DNA of 64,000 nt from Hypanus sabinus. Lineage: Eukaryota. Under the pieces are notes generated by a model. It saw only the letters and a list, made by a program, of their open reading frames with translations. It searched no databases and was not told the DNA's origin. Location: positions 22,320,001-22,384,000 of the forward strand of contig NC_082706.1 of the NCBI RefSeq assembly GCF_030144855.1. Reading direction: 5' to 3'. Both the position numbers and the translations under genes were made by a program. Shown here one piece after another: positions 13,065 through 25,824 of the stretch (its first letter is position 1; each line of letters opens with the position of its first letter).

Positions 13065-13352
13065 CTGCTCCCATCCGGTAGGCGCTACAGGAGCCTCCGC
13101 TCCCACAGCAGCAGGCACAGGAAGAGCTTCTTCCCTGAGGCTGTGACCCTGCTGAACCTCACATCACAGCACTAAGCAGTATTGCACTCACATTGTACTG
13201 TTATATTCGTGTGCTGTAGCACTTACTTTTTATTCGCAGTTATTTTGTAAGTAACACTATTCTTTGCATTTCTGGTTAGATGCTAACTGCATTTCATTCG
13301 GCTTTGTATCTGTACTCGGCACAATGACAATAAAGTTGAATCTAATCTAATT
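13065..13352 (+). mobile_element. Rex1/Babar LINE 3' tail fragment
   Basis: LLPSGRRYRSLR...SFFP motif, then AATAAAGTTG(AATCT)n tail. Confidence 0.7.
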
Positions 13353-13839
13353 GCTAGCACAAGTTAAAATTCGATTACAATTCTTTGAACCATCACATGC
13401 ATTCCTTTGGTGAATGTTAAAACATCCTGCTGTGAGCATTAAACATGGCAAAAGCAAAAAGGAAAGTACAAAAACAAAACCAGATCTTTTTCAGAAGGGT
13501 GAGGAGAGTTTCTTTGTGGCCAGGAGTGGAGGTAAATGTGTCTGCTTAAAAAGCATCAATACTTTTGACCATTTCAGCAAAAATAAAAGATTAAAAACCA
13601 CAGATGAATTTGACTTTCACTACAACACACAAAAGTGACCTGCAAATTGCTTTCACAAGCATACAACTCTATGGAACTTAAGGCTCATCACACTGACAGC
13701 CAGGAATTAAATACATGCAATAAATACCTTAAGCTAAATTTAGTTTTAATTGCACTGAAGATACTTATTTGGTATAAAAATAGTGCATTTTGCTATATAT
13801 TCTGTAGTTACAATTTAGTGTGGTAATAACTTTGGAAAG

Positions 13840-14072
13840 TCAAATTTAAAGGCAGAGTACTTGGTTAATGACAGGATTCATAACACATTGCTGGGGCAGG
13901 GTGCTACAAACAGATACATTAGGGACATTTATGAGACTCATATAGGAGCATGGGTAAATGACAAATGGAGGGGTATTGAGGAGGGAAGGGTTAGATTTAT
14001 CTTGGAATAAGTTAAAAGGTCAACACAACATCGTGGGTCTGAAGGGACTGTATTGTACTGTATTCTATATTG
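13840..14072 (+). mobile_element. Degraded CR1 3' fragment
   Basis: ...GTGGGTCTGAAGGGACTGTATTGTACTGTATTCTAT, a CR1-type tail. Confidence 0.55.
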
Positions 14073-15089
14073 TAAATCTGTTCAATAAACTAATCACACT
14101 TAGTCTTAAATTCCTCTTTTGTTGTACTTAATTTCTGTTCTTGCAACCATTGTTCAACATGTCGTACATTTCCACATTCACTTTTTTTTAAATTTCCACC
14201 AGATTTGTTCAATTTTCATCTGCCAATGCTGTAAAATAACATGCTCTCCTTAACTCTTTCTGACACTTCCCAGGTTACAGACATATTGCATGATCCCAAT
14301 CTTAGAAAAGTCTTGTGGGCCAGTTACAGGATTTGGGTGGGTATGTCGCTAGTGACCTCAGAGGGCCTTTTTAAAGAGATTTTAATCTCTAGGCTGCCTT
14401 TCACAACATCAAAATACTTCTGAACTAATAAGGTATTTGAATGTGTGAAGCAATTTGCACACAGCACACTCCTACAAATATTGATGCAGTAATCATCAAA
14501 TTGTCTATCCTGGTGATGAAATATTGGCCCTGGGACACCAAAAAAAAACATCTCTTGTTTCAAACTGCGGTATCGGGTCCTGAACATGACAGAAGAGACA
14601 GTGTTTCAACCTCAGTACCGTAACTAAATGTCCACTCAAGTCTGTGGAGTGAGTAGCACTCGAGCAGAACCTTGCTGGTTGACACTGACGGGATGTCATG
14701 CGGCAGCAATCGAGGAAATGTCTTGAGATCTAATGACTTAACGACGAGTGTGGGGTGCAGAATGGCGGGATGAAGGGCATGAACAGTGATGCAGACTCAG
14801 ATGTGGATGACGAATTTGGGGATCGAATTAGAGCGATAGGGAGGGGGATAAGGAGGGTCACTGGATTGGAAGAGGGATATTGGGAGGAGTCGCTCAGGAA
14901 TGGTGTGGACACTTGGGAATGGAGGGGGGCCGAGGAAAAGGGGTGGAAGAGACTTTGGCATATGCGTGGGGGGAAAACCTGGGAAAGGGGGTGCGGGAAG
15001 ACATGGGTGTGCTGATTCTCCCCCTCCTCCACCCACTCCCGTTAAAGGGGCGGGTGAATGTGCATCGCCTCGCCGATCGCGCCTCTCAC

Positions 15090-15149
15090 CACCAGCTCGG
15101 TCAGCGGATCCTGCGAGTCATCGCGGGCCCTGCGCCTCAGCTCCGCCAT
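15090..15149 (-). CDS. CDS2: CDP-diacylglycerol synthase 2, coding exon 1 (60 nt CDS)
   Basis: gacATGG Kozak context; MAELRRRARDDSQDPLTELV|gtgaga, resembling the CDS2 N-terminus (M.ELR.R); lies in a CpG island; phase 0 matches exon 2. Confidence 0.88.
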
Positions 15150-15307
15150 GTCCTTCTGCTTCTCCCTCGGCGCCCTGGCTGATTCGGCGGAGAGCACCAG
15201 CTGGGCCTGCGATCGTCGCTGTCGCTGTCACCGGCCAACGAGCTTCAGGCCCCGGCGTCGGGAGTGACAGGAACCCGCTGCTCCCCAGCAAACACCAAAT
15301 TGCCTCA

Positions 15308-15571
15308 CGTCCACCCAACGCTCGCCGTCGCTCGTGCTCGACGTCCGGTCTTCCCGGCCGATGGGGCGGCGCTGGCGAACACCGGCATACGGTCCTCCCA
15401 ACGGTAGACGTCGCAACAGAGCACCGACCATCGGTCCTCCCAATGTCAGCGATCGCAGGAGACCGCCGGCCAGGTCCTCCCAACGACAGATGTCGCAGCA
15501 GATCACCGAACAACGGTCCTCCCCAAGCCAGGCGTCGCTGCAGAGCACTGGATAACGGGACTCGCAATGCC
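15308..15571 (+). repeat. Degenerate ~42-bp tandem array (6-7 units), core CGGTCCTCCCAA
   Basis: Units start at ~15346, 15390, 15432, 15471, 15514 and 15556; consensus approximately CGGTCCTCCCAACG.CAG.CGTCGCAGCAGAGCACCGA.CAA. Confidence 0.75.
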
Positions 15572-15704
15572 GGGGGTTGGTGATGAGCGACATTGGAAGA
15601 GGTTTCCCTCTCTTCACAAGAAATGACAAGACAACAATCATAAGTTCAGAGGCTAGTGGACGCTGGCTCATAGACCCTGAAGGGTGCCAGGTTGTTTTTA
15701 AACA

Positions 15705-16935
15705 GTACACACAAAATGCTGGTGGAACACAGCAGGTCAGGCAGCATCTATAGGGAGAAGCGCTGTCGACGTTTCGGGCTGAGACCCTTCGTCAGGACTA
15801 ACTGAAAGGAAAGATAGTAAGAGATTTGAAAGTAGGAGGGGGAGGGGGAAATGCGAAATGATAGGAGAAGACCGGAGGGGGTGGGATGAAGGCTAAGAGC
15901 TGGAAAGGTGATTGGCGAAAGTGATACAGAGCTGGAGAAGGGAAAGGATCATGGGACGGGAGGCCTCGGGAGAAAGAAAGGGGGAGAGGGGAGCACCAGA
16001 GGGAGATGGAGAACAGGCAGAATGATAGGCAGAGAAAGAGAGAAAAAAAACAAACAAAATATGTCAGGGATGGGGTAAGGGGAGGAGAGGCACTAACAGA
16101 AGTTAGAGAAGTCAATGTTCATGCCATCAGGTTGGAGGCTACCCAGCCGGTATATAAGGTGTTGTTCCTTCAACCTGAGGTTGGATTCATTTTGATAGTA
16201 GAGGAGGCCATGGATAGACATATCAGAATGGGAATGGGACGTGGAATTAAAATGTGTGGCCACTGGGAGATCCTGCTTTCTCTGGCGGACCGAGCGTAGG
16301 TGTTCAGTGAAACGGTCTCCCAGTCTGCGTGAGATCTCACCAATGTATCAGAGACCACACCGGGAGCACCGGACGCAGTATAACACACCAGCCGACTCAC
16401 AGGTGAAGTGTCGCCTCTCCTGGAAGGACTGTCTGGGGCCTTGAATGGTGGTGAGGGAGGAAGTGTAAGGGCAGGTGTAGCATTTGTTTCGCTTACAAGG
16501 ATAAGTGCCAGGAGGGAGATCGGTGGGAAGGGATGGGGGGGGAGGGAAAGATGTGCTTGGTAGTGGGATCCCGTTGGATGTTACGGAGAATTATACGTTG
16601 GACCTGGAGGCTGGTGGGGTGGTAGGTGAGGATAAGGGGAACCCTATCCCGAAAATGCAATCCCCTTCTCACAATTCCTCTGTCTCCGCTGCATCTGCTC
16701 TCAGGATGAGGCTTTTCATTCCAGGACGAAGGAGATGTCTTCCTTTTTTTAAACAAAGGGGCTTCCCTTCTTCCACCATCAATTCTGCTCTCAAACACAT
16801 CTCTCCCATTTCCCATACATCTGCCCTCCACCCCACTCGGGATAGGGTTCCCCTTGTCCTCACCTACCACCCCACCAGCCTCCAGGTCCAACGTATAATT
16901 CTACGCCACCTCCAACGGGATCCCACTACCAAGCG
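15705..16935 (-). mobile_element. Penelope-like retroelement 3' part (GIY-YIG endonuclease + pLTR) with inverted 5' segment
   Basis: The minus strand at 16440-16200 reads FTCESAGVLYCVRCSRCGL*YIGEISRRLGDRFTEHLRSVR (GIY-YIG). 16651-16935 is RT-thumb sequence on the plus strand (AIPFSQFLCLRCICS...RGFP). pLTR with hammerhead at 15705-15800. Confidence 0.85.
15764..15799 (-). ncRNA. Minimal type-I hammerhead ribozyme motif (PLE family 1), intact core
   Basis: Minus strand GUC-CUGACGA-A-GGG(UCUCAG)CCC-GAAA-CGUC^-GAC: conserved core, stems I and II, and a loop-less palindromic ACGU helix III that would need a dimer. Confidence 0.7.
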
Positions 16936-17109
16936 CTTTAAAATACTTTCATCTTCGACTGCTTCGGGACACTCTTGGAAAGTTGGTTAATGACCATCCC
17001 AATGCCAAGCGGCAGTTGGAGAGCGCTGTTCTAAGGGGGTTACTTTCAGCTGCAACGCTGAGCAACGGTCCTCCTAACGCTGTTCTGCTAGGAGGCAGAG
17101 AAAAGAGCA

Positions 17110-17309
17110 ACGCGTACAAACAAGCTGGATGAACTCAGCAGGTCGGGCAGCATCCGTTTAAATGAGCAGTCAACGTTTCGGGCCGAGACCCTTCGACCCG
17201 ATGAAACGTCGACTGCTCATTTCAACGGATGCTGCCCGACCTGCTGAGTTCATCCAGCTTGTTTCTACGTGTTGATTCGACCACAGCATCTGCAGTGTGC
17301 TTTGTGTTT
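17110..17309. mobile_element. Palindromic Penelope pLTR dimer (central deletion removes hammerhead cores)
   Basis: Near-perfect inverted arms ACAAGCTGGATGAACTCAGCAGGTCGGGCAGCATCCGTT... / ...AACGGATGCTGCCCGACCTGCTGAGTTCATCCAGCTTGT. Flanks AGAGAAAAGAGCA / AGAAAGAAGAGCA (11/13 match). Confidence 0.8.
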
Positions 17310-17748
17310 AGAAAGAAGAGCATCCTCCCAATGCCAAGGTTTAGGCATGAGAGATGAAAGGCATTTGAGTCAGTTCTTCCAAACTTGCATGTTGTGTTTT
17401 AATGGATTTTTTTTAAATCACCCTTCAAATCAACCAAACTCCAAATATAATTCAACATTGGTATTGACATTTCTCTTTGGGCAACATGGGGGTCTATTGT
17501 TCATAAGCGGTATTAGTATATGCTGAGATTATAGATAGAACAGCACAGAAACCGGTCATTCGGCCTATCTAGCCCACACTGATCCATTTAAACTGTCCAC
17601 CTGCTCCAGGACCATAGCCCTTCTTACCTCTCCCATCTGTATACCTTTCCACACTTAAACGTTATTTTAAAATTATATACAAATTATTCAAGTTATTTTA
17701 AGATGTGCAATTATTACATTCTGACAAGGAACATGATCGAAACATAAT

Positions 17749-18692
17749 TCAAGTCAAGTCGCTCTTTATTGTCATTTCGACCATAAGCACGGTAAAAACG
17801 AAACAACGTTCCTCCGGGACCAAGGTGCTACATGAAACAACACAAAACTACACTAGATTACACAGGACTACATAAAATGCACAAAACAGTGCAGGGCAGT
17901 ACAATAGTTAATTAATTGATTGATTAATTAATTAATAATCAACAAGACAATAGGCACAGTAGATGACAAATTTCAATATAATAGTAATAAATGAGTCAGT
18001 CTAGACTCTGGGTATTGAGGAATCTGATGGTTTGAGGGAAGAAACTGTTGCACAGTCTGGTCATGAGAGCCCGAATGCTTTGGTACCTTTTCCCAGACGG
18101 CAGGAGGGAGAAGAGATTGTGTGAGGGGTGTGTGGGGTCCTTCATAATGCTGTTTGCTTTGCAGATACAGCGTGTGGTGTAAATGTCCGTAATGCCGGGA
18201 AGAGAGACCCCGATGATCTTCTCAGCTGACCTCACTATCCGCTGCAGGGTCTTGCGATCCGAGTTGGTGCAATTCCTGAACCAGGCAGTGGTACAGCTGC
18301 TCAGGAGGCTCTCGATACAACCCCTGTAGAATGTGGTGAGGATGGGGGGTGGGAGATAGACTTTCCTCAGTCTTCGCAGAAAGTAGAGACACTGCTGGGC
18401 TTTCTTTGCTTTGGAGCTGGTGTTGAGGGACCAGGTGAGATTCTCCGCCAGGTGAACCCCAAGAAGTTTGGTGCTCTTTACGCCCTCTACTAAGGAGCCG
18501 TCGATGTTCAGTGGGGAGTGGTCACTCAGAGCTCTCCTGAAGTCAACAGCCATTTCTTTTGTTTTGTTCACATTCAGAGACAGGTTGTTGGCTCTGCACC
18601 AGTCCGTTAGCCGCTGCACCTCCTCTCTGTAAGCTGACTGGTCGTTCTTGCTGCTGAGACCCACCACGGTCGTGTCATCGACGAACTTGATG
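17749..18692 (-). mobile_element. 5'-truncated Rex1/Babar-type LINE
   Basis: ORF 17996-18667 (upstream KFVDDTT, WC..NNLSLNVNKTKEM.VDFRR, KKAQQ.LYFLRRL); (GACTT)n tail at 17749-17760. Confidence 0.85.
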
Positions 18693-19099
18693 ATACGATT
18701 CGCCAGAAAGCAGAAACGCTCTCCTCAGCAATGTATACCAATCTGCGCACTAATGCATTTATACTGTTATAAAATATTGTTGTATCAATATTATGAATAT
18801 CGTTATATCTGTCCAATTGATGAACGTCGGGTCTATAATTCGTTGCAAAAGCTTAACTATTAGCTTAAAATCTGTTAATTGTACATTTCCAATTAGTCTT
18901 TTGAGTAGTCGCAATTGTGCAGCGGAAAACAAGCTTAAAAGATCAGAAAATAATATTTTCAATTTGAAACCTATTGGTGTCGTTTGATATTAATCTGCTT
19001 ATGTCATTTTCAAGGAATATCGATATTTAGATTAATCGCGTCCGTATGGGGAAAATGTGATTCAAGTACGTCTTTAATAATAAAAGTTTTAGAATTTTA

Positions 19100-19215
19100 C
19101 TGGCACGTCATATTTAAAAATGAGACGTCATTTCGCGCCGTTGCCATATATGGAACGAACGATTTGCATAAGGTTATATCAGGAAGTGAGCGTGCGACGG
19201 GCCCGCTCATTTGCT
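19100..19215 (+). promoter_or_regulatory. PCNA proximal promoter: CRE/ATF, E2F, CArG/YY1, octamer, ETS, Inr-like
   Basis: CACGTCA 19104-19110, GACGTCA 19124-19130, TTTCGCGC 19131-19138, CCATATATGG 19144-19153, ATTTGCAT 19162-19169, CAGGAAGTG 19180-19188, CTCATTT ~19206-19212. ATF/CRE and E2F control of PCNA promoters is established. Confidence 0.7.
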
Positions 19216-19310
19216 GGTGAGATCAGGAGGGAATTGTTGTCTGTCTGCTGCAGTCCTTTCCATTAAACTTAGTTTTTATTTTATCTTAGTCTGTTGCAAG
19301 TGCTTGATAG

Positions 19311-19556
<246 letters not shown>

Positions 19557-19909
19557 TAGGAGAAAATAGTGCTACTCTGCGTTCGTGATGCGTTATGTTA
19601 CATGCACGGCTAAGGTGGGCCAAATCGTGGGTTATTTCCTAAAAATACATTTAATATCTGCTTGCTATGGAATCATAGACTTAGCTAAACTTACAGAAGT
19701 GTACCGTGATCTGAATAAAATTCCATTTGTACAACTTACATAACATTGTGGGGCAGCTAAAATGGACGCCACGACTTGCTGTTGAGTGAACTTAACTTAT
19801 AACTGTTTAAACAATTAGACATTCTTGTCATTAAAGAAAATTTTGGATCAGGGTATTCGGTCTGCCCCGCTGTGTTGCCCAGGCCCCCATTTCCCTCCGT
19901 TTTTGTTGC

Positions 19910-19980
19910 AAAAAGGCGCCACCGGCCCGCCTGTGACGTCAATTGCGCGCGAAAGGACAAAGGCCGGGTTGGCGGGAATA
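19910..19980. promoter_or_regulatory. PCNA intron-1 E2F/CRE cluster
   Basis: AAAGGCGCC ~19912-19920, perfect TGACGTCA 19934-19941, GCGCGAAA 19947-19954 and TTGGCGGGAA 19969-19978, in a local CpG-rich patch. Confidence 0.65.
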
Positions 19981-20239
19981 TGCCCAGGCTTGTTACTGTT
20001 CCTTGATTAAAATAGGAAATTTAAACTATTTTAATCCTGTTTCTAAATTGAAACTTTTTTTCTTATTTTACACCCACACCTGCAACACTTTAAAGAACGG
20101 GGACTATTCAGTAATTTAGTCTGCCCTACCGTTGAAATAAATTATATGTTAACCCTAACCTAACTTCATGTAGTGCATTACGTCCACCAGTTATAACTTA
20201 CTGGGGAGGCGAATGAGTTGGCCATTGGGTGTAGTCTGC

Positions 20240-21410
20240 AATTAATTGAAGGATTGAAATAAATCTTGAAGGATCTTGGGGGGGGGGGGGAGATAATAAA
20301 GAGTTTGTTTCCTCTTGCAGGAAAATCAAGGACTATTAATCGCGGTTTAAAAATACCCAGTTCCCAATTTAAATTGGGTGATGAATTTTCTTTTTGCAGA
20401 CAATCAAGAATCTGCAATACCTCAAAAGACAGTGGAAGCAGAGTTTGCTAGCTGTTTAATAAGGTTTATGACAACAAGGTGCTGCATATGAGGCTGTTTA
20501 ACAAGATAAGAGCCTGTGGTATTACGGGAAAGGAACTAGCATAGATAAAAGATTGGCTGACAGGAGGCAGAGTGTGTTTAGAGGGGAGCCTTTTGGATGC
20601 TGGTGGCTAGCGATGCACGGCAGGGGTCTGTGTTTTATGTCAATGATTTGGGTGGTGGGATTGATGGATTTGTGGCCAGCTTTGTGGGAGAATGGGCAAA
20701 GAAGTGGTGTAGGGAGGTGCACAGTCATGCACTTTGGTAGAAGATGCTTTATAACGGTATGGACTGTGTTCCAAATGGGTAGAAAATTCAGAAAATCAGG
20801 GGGACTTGGGAGTCTTGTGTGTAGGATTTCCTAAAGTTTAACTTGCAGGTTGAGTCAGTGGTAAGGAGGGCAAATCCAATGTTGGCATACATTTCCAGAG
20901 GACTAGAATACAAAACTAAGAATGTAGTGGAGCTTAGAAGAACTGCGAATGGGATGGGGAGGGGTGTCTTGTTGGAACCTATCAAATATTGAAAGGCCTA
21001 GATAGAGTGGATGTAAAGAGGATGATTCCTATGGCGGGGGGAGTATAGGACCAGAGGGCACAGCCTGAAGAGCGGGAAGTCCATTTGGAGCAGATAAGTG
21101 AGAACTTGTTTGGTCAGAGGGTGGTGAATCTGGAATTCATCACCACAGGTGGCTGTGCAGGCCAAGTCATTTAGGAAAATTAAGGTGGACACTGAGGTTC
21201 TTGATTAATCAGGACACCAAAGATTATGGGGAGAAGGGAGGTGATTGGGATTGAGAAGGGTAATAAATCAGCCATGATGGGATGGTGAAGCAGACTATGG
21301 GCCAATGGCCTAATTCTTGTGAAAGGTTACCGCGTTAGAGTATGGCACTAGGTTTGTGCGATCTTGTTGAACGACAGAGCAAGGTTTAAGGGCCTGCCAC
21401 TGATTCTAAT
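20240..21410 (+). mobile_element. Degraded CR1 LINE fragments in PCNA intron 1
   Basis: DKV.H.RL..KIRA.GI.GK.L, VMHFGR and DLGVLV-type remnants; CR1 3' tail. Confidence 0.7.
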
Positions 21411-21534
21411 TTGTACATTTGTTTGACAAACTATCAGTCTTCAGGTGCAAGTGCACTGTGTGCAGAAGAGAATTTCTAATTTTTCCCACCCTTGCATGCA
21501 AGTTTTCCTTCTGTGATTCCACGGCCACAACAAG

Positions 21535-21700
21535 GGTGACACAACTACTACAAGCTGCCGCCTCCTAATTCTGGAGGTCCACATTCTGACCTCTGGTGCA
21601 GTCTGTGTGGAGTTTGCAAGCTCTCCCTATAGATTTCCTCCAGGTGTTACGGTTTCCTCCCAAAACTCAACCGTTTGTAGCTTAATTAACCACTCTTGGG
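21535..21700 (+). mobile_element. HE1-like V-SINE (degraded)
   Basis: GTCTGTGTGGAGTTTGCA...TTTCCTCCAGGTG...GGTTTCCTCCCA, V-domain-like core. Confidence 0.6.
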
Positions 21701-22172
21701 AGTTGTTGGGAAGCTGAGAGAAGTGTCAAGGGGAGAAATTAGTAGGGCGTGGGATTGATACACCAGCTGATGTAGGTGCAATGATTTCTTATATCTTACA
21801 GAAATATGTATAATGCATTATCAACCCCAAGGACCCTCTGACGTGGTTTGGGCTGAAATGGTATTGAGTTATCAGGCAATGGATGTGTTCATCCTGTGAG
21901 ATGTAGCATTATTTGTTCCCCAGCCAAAGGTATCTAGTTACTGTGAACCAGAGTGCACAACCTCTGACATTTGTTCCTTCTCCAACCAAGGTTTTGGAAC
22001 CAATAACAATGTAGATTAGGCAAACTCTAGAGAGTGCAAGAGTTTAAGGTTGGAGACAAAAGAGAGAGTCAATAAGAATAGAATGTCATGATCTGTCTCC
22101 ACCAAGCATCACTAGAACAATGAGCTTATAAGAATGGTGTGTTGACTGACAATGATTTTGGGCTATTTCTAA

Positions 22173-22331
<159 letters not shown>

Positions 22332-23229
22332 TGACGGTTGCAGGAAATAACTGTAGCAGGCTGTGCGTCCTCTCGGGGCATTTCCCAAATTCAGTAAGGT
22401 TGCGGTTAGTCCACACTCCTGATTCCCAAGTCTTGTGCTCAAAAATCTACCGACTTCAACCTCACCTCTCAAGTATAGAATTTGGTAGGATTCTTTTGGG
22501 CTGAAGCAGCCCATTTATAACAAACTAGTGTCACATTGTATACGTAGGCCAAGTGTATTAAGGTACTTTTTTTTTAAAAAGTGCTATGTGACACGTTCCC
22601 AGGGCCCTAAATTGCATTGGCTTACCACAGATGATGTGCAATCAATCAGATTTTCTGCACTGAAGTTGAATTGTAGAGGGGCTGTACCCGATTTTCTACC
22701 CTTTTATCAAGGGTGATTTACTTAGTTCAGTCTTGCCCAGCTGGTATGCAAAGATTTTATCAGATTGCCAGCATGTTATATTCACGTCAAAGCAACTTGG
22801 GTGTTGCCTGCATAGAAGGAGGTTGCTCTGGCCCACTGGATCCACATCTTCTCAGAGAGCAATCCCTTTCTCCCACTAATTTACTCCATATTCTGTTCAT
22901 TTTCGCCACCTGCATCCTAAAGCTGACTTACAGCAGCCAATTAAGCTGCCAACCATGCGTTGTTAAATGTAGGGAGCAATTGGAGAAAACATACTTGATC
23001 GCGGGGGGGGGGGGGGGGGGGGGGGTTAGCCTGCAAACTTCATGCTCTTGTTACTTGTGGTCAAATCACATCTTGAGCATCAGTGTGTCCTTTATTTGCA
23101 TTCAATAAACAGAAAATTGTTTCTATATTCTGTACACATCCGTGGTATTCTAGTAAATCTCTTCACATTCTTCTAACGATGCACTGCTAGAGTGCTGAAG
23201 ATTGCGTATAAATTGTGGAATTATGTTTA

Positions 23230-23832
<603 letters not shown>

Positions 23833-23957
23833 TAGAGCTTACTGCAGATGAGCAGATCACCCAACTGGATCCACCAGACATGTCCATCCACCTACACTCA
23901 TTGGTCCTCCTATCCAGTAGCAGCTGGAAATGATGTACCACGATATCCCTTTCATCC

Positions 23958-24432
23958 CACATTCACTGGCCATTTTATTAGATAGAGCAGTGGAACCTGC
24001 TGTGGTCTTGTGCTGCTGTTGCCCGCCCAAGGTTTGACGTGCATTCAGAGATGCTCTTTTGCGCACCGTTACAACACCTGCTTATTTGAGTTACTGTCAA
24101 CTTGAACCAGTCTAGCCATCCTCTGACCGCTCTCATTCCCAGGGGATTTTCGCCCACAGAACTAATGTTTGCTGGATGTTTTTTGTTTCTCGCACTGATC
24201 ACAGATCAGTACTTTCTGAGATATTCAATCCACCCCATCTGGCACCAACAATCATTCCATGGTCAAAGTCACTTCAATCACATTTCCTCCCCATCTTTTG
24301 TCTAGTCTGAACAATAGCTCAACTTCCTGACCAAGTCTGCATGCTTTTATGCATTGAGTCGCTGCCACGATTGCCTGATCAGATACATGCATTAATGAGC
24401 AGGTTTGCCTAACAAAGTGACCACAGATTGTA
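23958..24432. mobile_element. Tc1/mariner-like non-autonomous element (MITE)
   Basis: Imperfect TIRs CACATTCACTGGCCATTTTATTAG / CTAACAAAGTGACCACAGATTGTA; TA at the right end; no ORF. Confidence 0.6.
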
Positions 24433-25149
24433 TACCTCGTGCTGGGAAATGGTCTCAGGTCAGGTCATTGATTCCTTTTCCTTACAGGTCGTTTCAAACT
24501 TTTAGCAGTTCACAAGTTAGAAATGCTGGCAGTAGCCGAGCTTCCATACAGTAGTGGAAGCCTGCAGCGACCAGCAGATCCATTCTGTCCCCTGGAGGCT
24601 TGTCCACGTATACAGGCTATACACGTCAGGTGTTTGTAAGCTGAAGAGAGCCTATATTTGTTCATAGTTGTGGGTATCTATGGCCCTGGCTATAACTTTT
24701 CATCTTTGGTTTACCTGGGGCTGTGGCTTGCTACGCTTCAAGGAACAGATTACAGGGCAATTCTTTTGCTGACTGTAACTTGAAATAGTACACAGACCAG
24801 AAACGGCAAGAATTTCAGCTCCCTGGCAGGCTTGAATGGACAGGTGTAGTGGGGAGGAGGGTTAACCACACTTGCCTTGCGACCACCAACCCAGTACCAA
24901 CAATAACTTTTAATTCTTCCAGGTCAACCGACCAGAAACTTGGCCACAGAACGAACTATCCATTGTTTGCACCCAACTTTGTTGCGTAGTGATTTCTTGT
25001 GACACAGTCTAGTTTTCATGTGGGGCAACTTTGGGGTTCTGGGCAGAATAAACAGATAGATAAACTGATGAATAGATGTGGTAAATAGATAAACGGAGAG
25101 ATGTTAACAGATAGATGTTAATGACCACTAGAAATCTACAACGCCATAA

Positions 25150-25500
<351 letters not shown>

Positions 25501-25824
25501 TGAAGTCATGGAGAACAATGAAGAATTGTTGTCACATTTGGAGGGCATTCTGACTAAACGTAGTGCAGCTCCAGTGACAAGACTTCTGAAGTCAATGTGA
25601 AGTCTTGAAGGTTACAGCAGGCTATATGTCCAACAGGCTGCTTTTAAAATGTGATTGTTTCTGCCTCGCACTCAGAATTGACTCTAAATTCTGTTTATTT
25701 CATGCTCACCTCTACTTCCATTTGCAGTAAATCTGAGCCACACCATTTTGACTCTGGTGAAGATGATGGGATCTTCCCATTTATCCTCATAATTTTACAC
25801 TTCTGGCCTCTTAGACCCTAAGTT

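Larger units (their letters stand above)
15030..15600 (-). promoter_or_regulatory. CDS2 CpG-island promoter / 5' UTR
   Basis: High GC and CpG density around and upstream of the CDS2 ATG; GGGGCGG boxes at ~15047 and ~15363. Confidence 0.7.

Noticed and set aside
15308-15571. CRISPR-like look of a constant core with variable spacers
   Set aside because: Eukaryotic CpG-island context, no cas genes, the core is only ~12 bp, and the 'spacers' are homologous to one another. It is a degenerate tandem repeat.
14730-15710. Several long GC-rich ORFs (e.g. 14900-15583, 227 aa; 15118-15567, 149 aa)
   Set aside because: Stop-poor CpG-island and repeat sequence. Only the 60-nt CDS2 exon 1 has homology and splice support.
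19217-19289. Possible 73-nt 5'-UTR intron in PCNA (CTG|GTGAGA ... TTAG|)
   Set aside because: It would leave a first exon of only ~8 nt after the Inr-like site; unsupported without transcript data.
20150-20164. TAACCCTAACCTAAC telomere-like motif
   Set aside because: Only ~2 imperfect units, expected by chance.
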